Shown in pieces: positions 27,828 through 40,690 of a DNA stretch of 64,000 nt (the first letter of the stretch is position 1; every line of letters begins with the position of its first letter). A model generated the notes under the pieces. The model made no database searches. It was given only the letters and a program-made list of their open reading frames with translations, and was not told where the DNA came from. The stretch spans positions 372,001-436,000 of the forward strand of contig JBDOQK010000009.1 of assembly GCA_040437565.1 (NCBI GenBank). The letters run 5' to 3'. Made by a program: the position numbers and the translations under genes. Source of the DNA: Albugo candida (Eukaryota).

Positions 27828-28813
27828 ATGGTCATTTCTCTGGCTCAATTCAGCCTGGTCATTCAAGCTATATGCTACATTGTACAGTCATCAGCGGAGG
27901 ATTGTGAAATACCTTTGAGTGGTATCACTTGCAAAGATTCCAATACCAGAAATACAATTGTTTCGTTTTCTGGGGGAGAACGACTTATGTGGTGCAGTGA
28001 CAACTCTAATCCTGATGTTGAATGGGCGGAACTGATTGATCTTGAACCCTCTGGCATCGGCGAATTCTGTGATGAGTTTTTCCTTATATTCAAANNNNNN
28101 NNNNNNNNNNNNNNNNNNNNNNNNNNNNNNNNNNNNNNNNNNNNNNNNNNNNNNNNNNNNNNNNNNNNNNNNNNNNNNNNNNNNNNNNNNNNNNTATGTG
28201 GTGCAGTGACAACTCTAATCCTGATGTTGAATGGGCGGAACTGATTGATCTTGAACCCTCTGGCATCGGCGAATTCTGTGATGAGTTTTTCCTTATATTC
28301 AAAGGCCAGTCCCTCTACATCTCACGGACACCGCCTACGCAGATCTCTCCACTTGAGCAGGGTAGAAAGTTTGCACAATATTCACTGGGCCACGTTGATA
28401 GCTGGATGGTGTTTATCAGAGATGTTCGTCGTTCGGATACAACGTATAAAAATGTGCACTATGATTTTCCTATAGATGAGACGCTGCTAAGTCTACACAT
28501 CTCATTTTCCATGGCGAATGGAGTGTATGTACCCTCTTTCTATCGAAGACATGATACTCAACAAACGTCACACCCCTTCAAAATTCGTTTGGCTGATTAT
28601 CAAAAAGCAGTGCTCAATGTTGCGCGTACGTCAATAAGGGGGTATGCAGATTCATTCAAATGGGTTATTGGATACGAGCACTTGCAGCAACATGAATTTA
28701 TTTTCTATAAAAAAAATGATGGGCTGCATATTGTGCTTGTTGTGGAAGGAACAAACAAACGTGCCGATTCATTGAATAACGCAGCAACATTGCTAAACCG
28801 GATGCATTGGTGA
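27828..28813 (+). CDS. Secreted protein family member A (258 aa after removing the gap duplication), candidate effector
   Basis: Signal-peptide-like MVISLAQFSLVIQAICYIVQS; CEIPLSGITC; LEPSGIGEFC; WVIGYEHLQQHEF. 28195-28303 duplicates 27986-28094. Confidence 0.8.
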
Positions 28814-29789
28814 TCACTACAATCTGCTTTATATTTTCATGATTAAGGTATCCAGGACAAAAATCTTAATACACTGCTTCCACTTCGTTCCTTATTGTCG
28901 AAACTATCGCTTCTTAATTGCATGTTGAAAGCAGTGCATGCTATATCGTCTGCAATGACCGTTATGCCAATCTGAACCCTTCCTCTAATAGTATCAGATC
29001 ATGCAGGTAAATCTAGTGTACTCGAAAGTCAAGCAATATTCAATGGAGAAGGCCTCTTTGTGGCTTGCAATCAAGTTGCACACATTCACTCCTTTACCGA
29101 CCTTCTTGTGGATCATGTAACGTGGTCTATTCTATCAAGTGAAAGCGCCGATATGTATTCGATTCTTCTTCAATTTCCCTCCTCTGTGGATGCGTGGCTT
29201 GGCTTGCACCACCACGACTGGAGACGCGTCGACAGGGAACAAGACGACACATAATCAAGTTACATAAATGTATTGCGTCTAATATGTCAATGCAATCGCA
29301 GTGCGCTGTTACAAATATCGACTACAGCTATTGATTTCGGTAAGTAATGAGTCGAAAAAGTATTCTTCGTAATGAAAGTTGTCGTACGAACTTCATTCAC
29401 CATTGAGGTCTTAAAATGCAAATACCGCTGGAGAACGTCATCAGTATATGAGAAATAGCTGCGTGCGGTACCATTTGATGAGATCACGCTTCATACTTCT
29501 TCCTTCCATTCGTCATGATACATCTCAGCTTCTCATCACGATGGCCAGCATGTGGCAGTCAAATTGTATAAACTCATGAATCGGATGTAGGCGTATCACT
29601 GACACGACCACCGCTGCCTCCGATCATAGAAGCAGAACATGTCGACGGAATCTGCCGCCTGGGTATCCGTCGTTCCCTCTCTTGAAAATGGTGACAGTGT
29701 TGAAAGCTTTATCAACTACTTAGATACAAAGGCACATTAGTCGAACCGACTACTTTTCAAGTTAGACGAACGCACTACCAAGTTATCAG

Positions 29790-31460
29790 TCTGGAATTAT
29801 TTGCATTGGTGTTGCTCGAGAAGCTTCGATATCGTCTGTTTTCATTTTTGAGCTCTTCGACGCCTTCATCCTCCCGTCGACGCGATTTCCAGTGTTCTCA
29901 ACGTCCGGCACCAGCGTCCACGCGATTTCTCCAAACGTGAGAGATATGTTCCCACTATCGTCAATTGCTGTCGCGAGAAATGTTTGCTCAACTTTGTACT
30001 GATTCGATGCAGCACGTGAATCACGAGGTCCTATTCCCGCTCAATACCAACGCGGGAAGCGTTGCTTTTATCGATCATCAACGCGTCCAATGCGACGAAA
30101 CCAATTTCCCAAGAAACTTTGCATTCGACTCATTGGTGGCATACGCACTCCCGTCTTTCAATTGAAGGCTCAACATTTCCACAGACGTGCCGCCAGGCAA
30201 TACTTTCTCTCTAAAATTCGGACCATCAACGCTCAATTCGCCTGTCGATGTATCGGCGACCAAAGACGACCAATCGACAGCGATATATGTCAATGATTTC
30301 TGTATGCGATAATCTGCATCCGTTTTGCATACATGCGCATTCTCACGGAGTATCGTCTCGATATCGCTTAGCGAATTGCTTGAACGCTTATGGTCTTCCA
30401 ATAAAGCATAGGCGCCCCTGTTGAGCAGATCCAAAATATCCTGGGTACTCGTGTACTGGCTTGTACGCCGTCGTGGAAAACGCCCGAGCCGAAAACCGCA
30501 TGCTCGACCACGACCTTTTTTGAAACACGTTCAAACATCTCGCTCTCGTATGAAATTTGCAGCCGTTTGCTCAGTTGATTCCAACATTGCCGGCTTTCGT
30601 GCTCAATAGAATCGATCGATCGACCTGGCGAGATGCTTTGCTCGACGTCTTCTTTCACGTGGCAGAGAACGTACGGCGCCATTGATTTTTGAACTGTGAC
30701 AACTTGCTCGTGTGACGCACACCGCCGAATTTTGCATCGAAATCCTCAAAGCTCACGAGTTTGACAAACTCCAAAAATATTGACAAGGGCCCAAGAGTCC
30801 TGCATGTTGTCTGAAGCGGTATCCGTGAGTAAGAGCTTGTGATTGCAATGTAACACGCGCATTTGCTTGAGGACGTAAGAGCCTGCGCTTTTCGATCGAT
30901 GTGCTTTGCTGACAACTAAAAGTCGCCAGTCAGTCGATTCAAACTCTTCAAAATCAGCCACAATCGTCTGAATGTCGTCAACAGCACGTGGAAACGGAAG
31001 ATGAAGCTGTTCCCGAGATTTGATGTATACCATTCGTGCATGCAGATTACCGTTTGCATGTCTTTGGAATTGAGCTCGCGGTTCTGTTGATCGCCGATAT
31101 CGTTGTACACGCACACAATGAGTCCGTCTAACCTTGCGGCTAAGGCGCCAGTGCTGGATCGCAGTCTAGAACGGGCCGCGAATAATCTCTTCCGACTTGA
31201 AATGCTCCAGCAATGCGGCCACTTGTATCATTTTCCGAGACCATTTCGTCGTCTCAAATGCCTGAGCGTTGGGCTTCCAGCACGAAATGATCCATTGACT
31301 CTGTCGACTTGATACGAACGCAATGTGTGTCCGCCTTTGACGTCGGCGAGTGTTCGTACGGAAATCGCCTTTTTCCAGTTTGTATGGCAGAGTTGTTTTC
31401 GATTTATTGGGAAAAAACTCGCGAAATGCTCATGACGATCGATGTTGTTGTCCACTACGG
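29790..31460 (-). pseudogene. Decayed CHD-type SNF2 chromatin remodeller copy
   Basis: Frameshifted motifs in the expected order: GGHTLRSYQVD, GLGK (motif I), WRLLVVSKAHR (degenerate DEAH), HKLLLTDT..NMQD.WAL.N, F.AKFG, APYVL..VKEDVEQSI, EHAVFGSG, LLNRGAYALL..DIETIL, VDGPNFREKVLP. The last three resemble the post-helicase region of CHD6-9-like proteins. Confidence 0.75.
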
Positions 31461-33429
31461 TAGTGTGTAGATGCTACATGGGGCCGCCGGGCGTCATCAA
31501 AGCTACAGGTCAAGTGTCCACCGCGTGTGGCTCGCGCTTCCCTTCGACATGAATCAACGGATGATACTATTAATGGAATATATCGTGAGCGTGTAACCGC
31601 GTTCCCATGCATTTAAATGTCGTTTATGCAGACGACCAAAGACCATGACAGAAAAGAGGGAACGCCAATGCGGGCCGTTCTTTTGTATGGAGATGCAGCG
31701 TCACGAAGTCNNNNNNNNNNNNNNNNNNNNNNNNNNNNNNNNNNNNNNNNNNNNNNNNNNNNNNNNNNNNNNNNNNNNNNNNNNNNNNNNNNNNNNNNNN
31801 NNNNNNNNNNGCGTGTGGCTCGCGCTTCCCTTCGACATGAATCAACGGATGATACTATTAATGGAATATATCGTGAGCGTGTAACCGCGTTCCCATGCAT
31901 TTAAATGTCGTTTATGCAGACGACCAAAGACCATGACAGAAAAGAGGGAACGCCAATGCGGGCCGTTCTTTTGTATGGAGATGCAGCGTCACGAAGTCAG
32001 TCAATTGAGCGACCGACTAAATAATATTTTCTAATCCCGTCCTGCAACCACTGTGCGGTTCACAGCCACCAAAACATCGCCAATATTGATCACTTGAGCC
32101 GCTTTGAGCGGGTCCCATCATATCATACAGCGCCCCAAGACCGGATGGAGACCGACGTAACGTGACTCCGTACTCTGTGCACGCTTCCCATTGCCTATGA
32201 GCACCGGTGGGGACGAAGCATTCCGTCGTGCACGTCTTTGGATCGTAAGGATACCCAAAGGCAATGTGTTGGACCATGCACCCGATGATCTCACTCACGT
32301 GGACTCCACAATTGTGTCAGAAACGATGCGAGAAGGCCCAACAGCTCCGTGTCTGGAACGCAATGGAAGTCCAATGCTCGACGATGAGATAGAGCAAACC
32401 AAGCAAACACTTCCTATCCTGTTGCAGTGCTGATGAATATGAAATACTTCGGCTCATTCGAAGACTCTGCAAGCACTGTCAGTAGTCGATGTGTCTTGCA
32501 ATGACAGCCAACGCAATGCGCGTTTTGCTCAAAGTTCGAGAATCCAATGGCGACGAACGCCACATTTTCGCTATATTTTAATGGATCTCAAGCCTTTCAA
32601 TGGCTAAGAATGTCGGCAGGAGGGTTCATTGGAGCGGGCTTAATATGGTGAGAGGAAGCCTGCTATCATCTCGTATGGTACGTCCATATTCGGATATGCG
32701 GAGAAATGATAGTGCTGCACTAAGGGTTCAACACAGCGTATTTTGCTCACTTGCCGCTCTGGAAACGTCAAAGTACAGGAATATCGTCGCTAGAGTTCCT
32801 GTTGTACTTGTATTGAGTATTCTGGCAGCCACATACCATAAGAAGGCAAGACATTCCATTACGAATGGGAGAGTAACGCATGAAACTGTTCCGAGGCTTT
32901 CTCCGCGTCACACGAATCGATCGGACGTCCTGTACTTGAAAAGGCCACACAATTCTCTACATTTTCAAGGTGATCGTATTCAATTTAAACCATGGAACCT
33001 AACTCCTATGGGTAGTGACCGTGACTGGAGATGCGTCCAGATATGACTCCCACCGAAAAAGCGGAAGCCCAAGCTCCTTTTAACCGATCTCGACCAAAAA
33101 TGAACGCGCGTTTGGTAATAGCGGAGAGACTCTCTCTTTATGTGATCTGTTGTCGGTTGACTTCACCTCAGCAGCGACACATTCAACATAACTCGTGAGC
33201 ACCAGTAGTCGAAATAAGACTCGCGGTCTTACCGCTATTTGTTAATATTAATATACCCCATAAAATAATAACGCGAATGTCACAATTGGAGTTGCGGTCT
33301 GTAAAAACTGTCATTGCATCGATAAGTCGTCAAGTTGTAAACGTGATGGACAGAATATTCGACCCATCGCGTAGCCCTCATAGCCATCCATTTGGAAAAT
33401 TTAAAAGTCTTATATTCGTATTGATCGCT

Positions 33430-33443
33430 CCATTTGTCAATTT
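33430..33443 (+). promoter_or_regulatory. Oomycete Inr/FPR-like core promoter of member B
   Basis: CCATTTGTCAATTT, about 20 nt upstream of ATG 33464, fits the YCATTYBNCAWTT consensus. Confidence 0.55.
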
Positions 33444-33463
33444 ACTCGGACTTTCCAATTAGA

Positions 33464-34571
33464 ATGTATATTTCCCGGACGCAATTCTACTTGGTTATAC
33501 AAGCTATGTGCTACATTGTGCAATCATCAACGGATGAATGCGAAATTCCTGAGACTGGTATCACATGCGAAGAGGATGATGGAACACACCCCCCAGAGTC
33601 TACCTCAACAATTTTGTTTAATGAAAGGACTGGATCGAGAGATGTGATTTGCACTATCCTGGACGGTAACGGTGGAGAAAAAATAGTTTCCAGGAGGATT
33701 TCTCTCGGGCCCGAAGGTATCGGCTGTAATTGTGCTACGTTCATCTACATATTCGCAAATACGAAAGTCAACATTTTAAGGACCTTAAAAACGCCTGAGG
33801 GAATTTCGCCTTCAAACGAGGACGAAGAATTTAAAACATATGATAGCCACTCGAAGAAAATGTGGATGTTGCGGTCTTACCGGATAACAAGTGGGAAGGA
33901 TGTGTTGCCATCCCTGGAGGAACCTCGACATAACAATGGTGAACATGTGNNNNNNNNNNNNNNNNNNNNNNNNNNNNNNNNNNNNNNNNNNNNNNNNNNN
34001 NNNNNNNNNNNNNNNNNNNNNNNNNNNNNNNNNNNNNNNNNNNNNNNNNTACATATTCGCAAATACGAAAGTCAACATTTTAAGGACCTTAAAAACGCCT
34101 GAGGGAATTTCGCCTTCAAACGAGGACGAAGAATTTAAAACATATGATAGCCACTCGAAGAAAATGTGGATGTTGCGGTCTTACCGGATAACAAGTGGGA
34201 AGGATGTGTTGCCATCCCTGGAGGAACCTCGACATAACAATGGTGAACATGTGAAGTATGCACATGTTTCATTTTCCACGGCGAATAATGTGAGAGCACC
34301 CTTTCTCCACAAAAGTGAAGATATCGAGGAGCCTTTTATGATTCAACCGACGCTTGCGCAAGATAGTGCACTAAAAGTCGAGTACAAACAAATAAAGGAA
34401 TTTAATACACGAAATGCATGGGAACTTGGATGGGAGCACCTGCAGCAATATGAATTTCAATTTTTGAAAGACTCCAATGGAATTTTGAAGATCAAGTACA
34501 AAAAAAAAAAACACGACCTAATACGGCCTTCATTGAGCCCAGCACCAAAACGACCTCGAAACGTCTCATGA
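33464..34571 (+). CDS. Secreted protein family member B (267 aa after removing the gap duplication), basic C-terminus
   Basis: MYISRTQFYLVIQAMCYIVQS; CEIPETGITC; LGPEGIGCNC; WELGWEHLQQYEF; ends KKKK...PKRPRNVS. 34050-34253 duplicates 33746-33949. Confidence 0.8.
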
Positions 34572-37500
34572 TCACCACAATCTGCTTGACGTATTTACGT
34601 CAAAAGCTATTCATTTTTCCAGACCTTTAATCTTGATACAATTTGACCTTCATAGCCACTTCATTTCCATTATTTGTTTTGAATCATTGCTTTCCATTCC
34701 TTGCTCATTAAGCAGTCCATGCTGACTGCTTTTCCTGTCGATCCTTATTCGATAGGCAAGAAGATAGGATGTAGAGTACTCTTAATCGGATTCGAACCAC
34801 TACATAACGATGCTATCAAATCATACAGGTAAAGCAGGTTTCAAGGATTTCATTGCACTGCTTATCTGCTTCTCTAATTACCTTCCTTATCCAATCATTA
34901 ATCAGCCCTTGACGGTTTTAAGTCTGACTTCAAAACTGGCAGGCAGGAGTTTTCCATAAAGCCGAAGCTGGTGTCAACGACTAGTGATCACCCACCAGGC
35001 AATTCTATTAACATAGTGCCAGTATAATGCAGAAGACCTCTTGATGGATTACACTTGACCTGCACCCATTCACTCGTTTGTGGACCTTTCATTGGATCAT
35101 GCAACTTGATATTATCTATCAAGCTAAAGTATCCAATCCTTCTTCAATATTGCTTCTTTTTGGTTCTATGGCTTGCGTACGACTGGAGAAGCGTCAACAA
35201 GCAAAGAATCAATCACAAAAACAATTAAAGATATACATTCCAACTCGTCAAGCGATTGCAGTGCGCTATTTTGAGTATCGACAACGACCATTAATTCTGC
35301 AAAGGAATGAGTCGAGGAGTTATTTCCAAGAAACGTTATCTTGTCGTGCTAACTTTATTCACCAGTGAGTTCTCAAAGTGCAAATTCAGCTGGAGAACGT
35401 CAGAAATAGTACGAGAGACGGTTCTGGTAGCTCGAATATGTACCATTGTATGCAACAAGCTCGGAAACTTCTCGCTTACATACATCGTTACAAATTGCAG
35501 CTTCTCCGCGCAACAATCAACGCGTGACAATCAATTGCATGAAATGGTGATATTCTACTCGACACAATAGTAACACGACCGCCACTGCATGCCATGAAGA
35601 CGCAGTTACGGGATTTTGCTGCCGCAAAGATAAGAGTCTTTTGCCACTTCAGCGAGTGTTGCCAGCTTCGTCAATCAAGGCCAGGCAAAGAAGACNNNNN
35701 NNNNNNNNNNNNNNNNNNNNNNNNNNNNNNNNNNNNNNNNNNNNNNNNNNNNNNNNNNNNNNNNNNNNNNNNNNNNNNNNNNNNNNNNNNNNNNNAACGC
35801 GTGACAATCAATTGCATGAAATGGTGATATTCTACTCGACACAATAGTAACACGACCGCCACTGCATGCCATGAAGACGCAGTTACGGGATTTTGCTGCC
35901 GCAAAGATAAGAGTCTTTTGCCACTTCAGCGAGTGTTGCCAGCTTCGTCAATCAAGGCCAGGCAAAGAAGACAAGATAAGTAATAGCTGACTTATCTATA
36001 TTGTTCTATCAGACGAACGCACTACCAAGTACAATAAAATGTAACAAAATGCGAGCAGCTTGCGCCATATAGTTGTCTCATGATAATGTACATAATCTGA
36101 TAACCTTTGACAACAGCTCCTACTGCAAACGTTGTTCATTGGAGGAGCAAGGGGCTTCGATCAGAGCTCTACCACATTGACCGTCACCACGACTTTAATA
36201 CAATCGTATCATCTACTGCGCTCAATAATGACGATAAGGATTCGCACTTGTCTGTCAATAATCAATATGCATTTTTCTTCACACTGCATTGTATCTATCA
36301 AACGCCATCGAGTCAAAAGATGTCCGCACTGCTGTCATCGTGTAGGATGACGAAGGATTATCCTTACACTCGAATTTCTATGATACGAGTGACGTTGGTA
36401 ACAAAAGCCGTTCTATGAATGCGATCCAGGGCACTCCCTTGAATCCAACTGTGATGTTATGTATCAGAACAAGGATATTTGCTCAGTTTTGACGTTCAAA
36501 GTGCGAGTGCGACAAAAGCTTTTCGTTTCGAATAAATACCATGAAAAGCTGTACGATGATTGATCACACCAGAGGCGCTCACCTCAGAGCTCGACACGGG
36601 ATCGATTTCTAAAAAATATAGGAGGCAATAAAATGCTTGGCGCGACGTGCGTTGCATACGCTCCGCTGACTTTTGTACTTTATCTACAGCTTCCAATTGA
36701 GCAAAAGTTCTCACTTCAGTGCGGTGTATCAATTTCGCTGTTCTGCTCATGTCAAATGTGCATCACCAACGAGGAGACGTAATCAAAGGAAGCCGAATGC
36801 TGAAAAACAAAGCACAATCCGACCAAGCCGGTGACAACGTATCCGTATGATGAGATTTCTTGGGACTCCTTAGAGTACCAAATCTGCGACAGTTTGACCT
36901 TTTTGATGGGCATTCAAAAACTTTGTGATGGAAAAACAAACCGATTTTGGCAGACGATATGCGGTTGCAGTACAATGACTCATGACAGCAATGCGTACAT
37001 ACTTGATCGCAACCAGTCCGGAATGTGTCAATTCCGCGTGATGGACCGGCGTTCGGAGTTTTTAGCGCTATGTTCCAAAATGCAGGCCTTAATGCCGGCA
37101 TTCAAGCATGAAGAATATGATCGTTTCACTACGACAGCGTCCTTGTACTGTTTTTCAGCATTGTCAATTATGGCGGGTACTCTTGTGCAGGATATCTTGC
37201 TCGCCAGAAAAAGAGTGTTTTAGAAGCTAAAGTGTACTTTTGCATTGCCAATGTTATGTGATGACTTGATTCATGCATCCACACCAAGAAGCGGTTTATG
37301 TGGGTAGTTGTTGCTCCGATGGCGACATTTTGAACTTTCAATGTATTCTATCCTTCAAAATACTTCGATTTACCTGCGTTTCGCTTCGCTTATCGATTCC
37401 CAACGAGTATTCAAGTGGTTAGCGTTAAACAGCGACTACTATAGCTATGCTATCCATAGTAACAGGCCGTCAATCTTTCACTACAACATTAAAAAGCATA

Positions 37501-40289
37501 CAGTATCACGGTCAGCGTAGTCTTCGTGAGCTATCGTTTGTTTGTATTCGTATGGAAGTGTCATTGATTACGGTGAGAACATGTTTACTATNNNNNNNNN
37601 NNNNNNNNNNNNNNNNNNNNNNNNNNNNNNNNNNNNNNNNNNNNNNNNNNNNNNNNNNNNNNNNNNNNNNNNNNNNNNNNNNNNNNNNNNNCTGCGTTTC
37701 GCTTCGCTTATCGATTCCCAACGAGTATTCAAGTGGTTAGCGTTAAACAGCGACTACTATAGCTATGCTATCCATAGTAACAGGCCGTCAATCTTTCACT
37801 ACAACATTAAAAAGCATACAGTATCACGGTCAGCGTAGTCTTCGTGAGCTATCGTTTGTTTGTATTCGTATGGAAGTGTCATTGATTACGGTGAGAACAT
37901 GTTTACTATCACTTGTATAGCATTGCGGTTGTGTCAAACCGTGATGTACGTGAACCTACAGCATTCGCTCAAATCAGATATACGGATGCAAACCATGACT
38001 GTACTTGAAGCTCTTACCTGTCTAGATTATATCGCATTTGGGTGCTGCAAATCTGCAGAGCACATTGTTACATTTGCAGTCGGCGATGAAAATTCGTGCT
38101 AATTTGAAGTGCTCGACTGGCAGCAGCGAGTCCCGGTAGAAAGAAGCCTAGCAATGGTTTCGACTGATTGTTCCATAATTGACCATGTTGAATTGTACTT
38201 AATCTTTATCTTCTGCGAGTTTCGATAAGGTGAGTAGCCCTTCTTCGGAATTGAAGATTCAATCGATTCTAAATGTCTTTATAAATTGAATAGAAAGAAA
38301 CTCAGGCGTTGTACTTCTAATTTAATATGTGTCCCAAGGATATCATTAAATTGATAACCTGATTCTCCAACTATATCTTCATTATCTTGTCATTATCCTT
38401 GGCCGTGTGAATTTCATTTAGTTCTTGCTTTAAACCAGGGAAGGGAGATAATTTTCAAGCTTCTGCTAGGTGGGCCAAGCAGCCACCCGAAGTACCGGGG
38501 ATCAACATAACGACCTCCGTCGGGGGATGCGTGCCCTACCGTTTGAGCTTGGGCGAACTGAGTCCGGAGGATTCTGCCAAGGATTTGGACATTCCGTTCG
38601 GCTAGAGACCAACTCATTTGATGGTTATTGTGGCTCTCGACAAGCCTTTTTTATGATGGGTTTGGTGTATGATTTTGATCAGCACGAACTGTCATGGTCG
38701 ACTGATTGTTGCGCAGACGATGAGTTTGTCACGTCTGTGGCATTATCCCGTGCACGTGGACATACTACCAGAGATAATTCGCCAGTGGCAGTCGATGCTG
38801 AATTGAATTGTGCTTGGTCAGAAACACAAAAAAGAATAGTAGCACGTTCACATGACCAGCAAATAGTTTTCCTACCTTTGTCGACAAGATGGTGGACTAC
38901 AGGTTCGTTTTTTTGGTGGAAGAATTGCAGATACAACGCATTCAATTCCTACAGCAGTTCGCATCCGATTTGTCGCCCATTATCCCTACACATTGGGCAA
39001 CTACTTCAACGGAATCATTACAGCTTATACAGGCTTCCCTTGAACCACGTAATCCCATGTATGTATTCGCCATCGCACCACAATGACATGGAAAACGGTT
39101 TTAATTGAAGTAATCGTTTTCAACTGCCGTAACGGCTAAATTTTGAAAGAGCACACGTTTGTGATGGAAAATGCATTTTGAATGTGGCATCAGAAGGATT
39201 GGAGCATTACCATTTCAGATTTGAATGTTCTACAACGCCGTCACTACTACATGTAACAACCGATATGGTTCCACCGCGACCTAGAATTGTATTATGAAGC
39301 TGCTACTCGTAATCCAAGTATGCAGAATTTGTGGTACAATCTTGGCGTGGTGGACGAACCGCAGTAGATATTTCAAAAATCGCTCGCTACAGCTTTCGAG
39401 ATAAAATCACGCTCTTCATCTATCTCGATCAGGACTGCGAGAGAATGGCCGAGCAGGAAGATTTCATCGATATATTGCAGCGACGAAGAGCTGATACGGC
39501 TAAAAAACATTATCTAGTCGATTGTATAACGAGCTCACTCAGATACTACAGCGTACCACTGAACGATTAATCTCATCACTTAGATTCAAGCAAACACAAG
39601 TGGTGGGTCGTTTTATGTAGGAGCACAAAGCAAGGAGAGGAAGCATTATTTCTGATCTATTCCACGCTATCAACTCTCACATATCGATTGGAAACCTTCC
39701 GGACTAACCTAGAGCCATCCGATGCTGATAAATTGGTCATCATTAATAGATCGGACGCACTGGATTCGGAACGCGTTGGAGCGTTCATGGCTGCATCACG
39801 GCATCTTCGGAAACGTGTTTTACCAATTTTCGAAGCTCTACAGTTTCGTCTAGCCTTTCGGATGCTGCCTGTTCGATCTCGTTTCTGACTTTTGAACGAC
39901 ATCATCACGACATTACACTGTGCATACAGCCATCGTGTGGCGTAATGGAATCCGATCAACATATCTTTCCAGATTGGGCTCACACGGCACAATTTTGGAT
40001 GGCGTTACTCCCTACTTGAGGTCAGTTGTTCTCCTTTCGACCACGTCGGGCGCATATTACATGTGCAATTGTACCAGCACTAACATCGAATTGGAAGGAT
40101 TATCAGCAAATTACATCCGAAATATGGCTTGCATTCCAAGCGGTGACGGTGCACTTCGCCTAGACCGAGCGAAACCGTCGTTTGTTTGATCAGCGATGAG
40201 TAATCCCGACTAATCCGGCACTTTCCGTGATCTACACCACGTTTAGTGCGCACTTTCGGTACTTTCGACGACAGTGTTGCGATCAAGAC

Positions 40290-40690
40290 GAACGCATTCG
40301 GAGTGCCAAAGTATCGGATCGACCTGCAGCGCAAGGATGATTCGGTGGATTCTTTAGTAGTCGACATTCAGTGCTGCGGGTCCGGCACCGGCAAGTCCTA
40401 GTTGGATGGATCTGTTCAGCCTCGTGTGGCGCACAACCACGTTGCATAACACGGTAGGATTGGACAGTTATACAAGTTTCATATCATTTACACGCCGGAT
40501 ACGCTCTCGTATGGTGCTGGTTGAGGCGACTTCAATACAAGATTATCAGCAAGAGCACATATTATCAACTCTCATAGGTATATTTGTCACAAAACGTTTT
40601 TTATACTGTAGGTATATTTGTTTTTCAAAATAGCCCAGGCAACTAAAGAAGCCAGTTAGTCTACTTCTAGTGATGTAGACTCCTTCAACC
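40290..40690 (+). repeat. Dispersed repeat family, copy 3 (more diverged)
   Basis: Shares AACGCATTCGG, TGCTGCGGGTCCGGCAC, GTGTGGCGCAC, CATATTATCA.CTCTCA.AGGTAT and CAACTA.AGAAG.CAGTTAGTCTA with 21388-21905. Confidence 0.7.
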
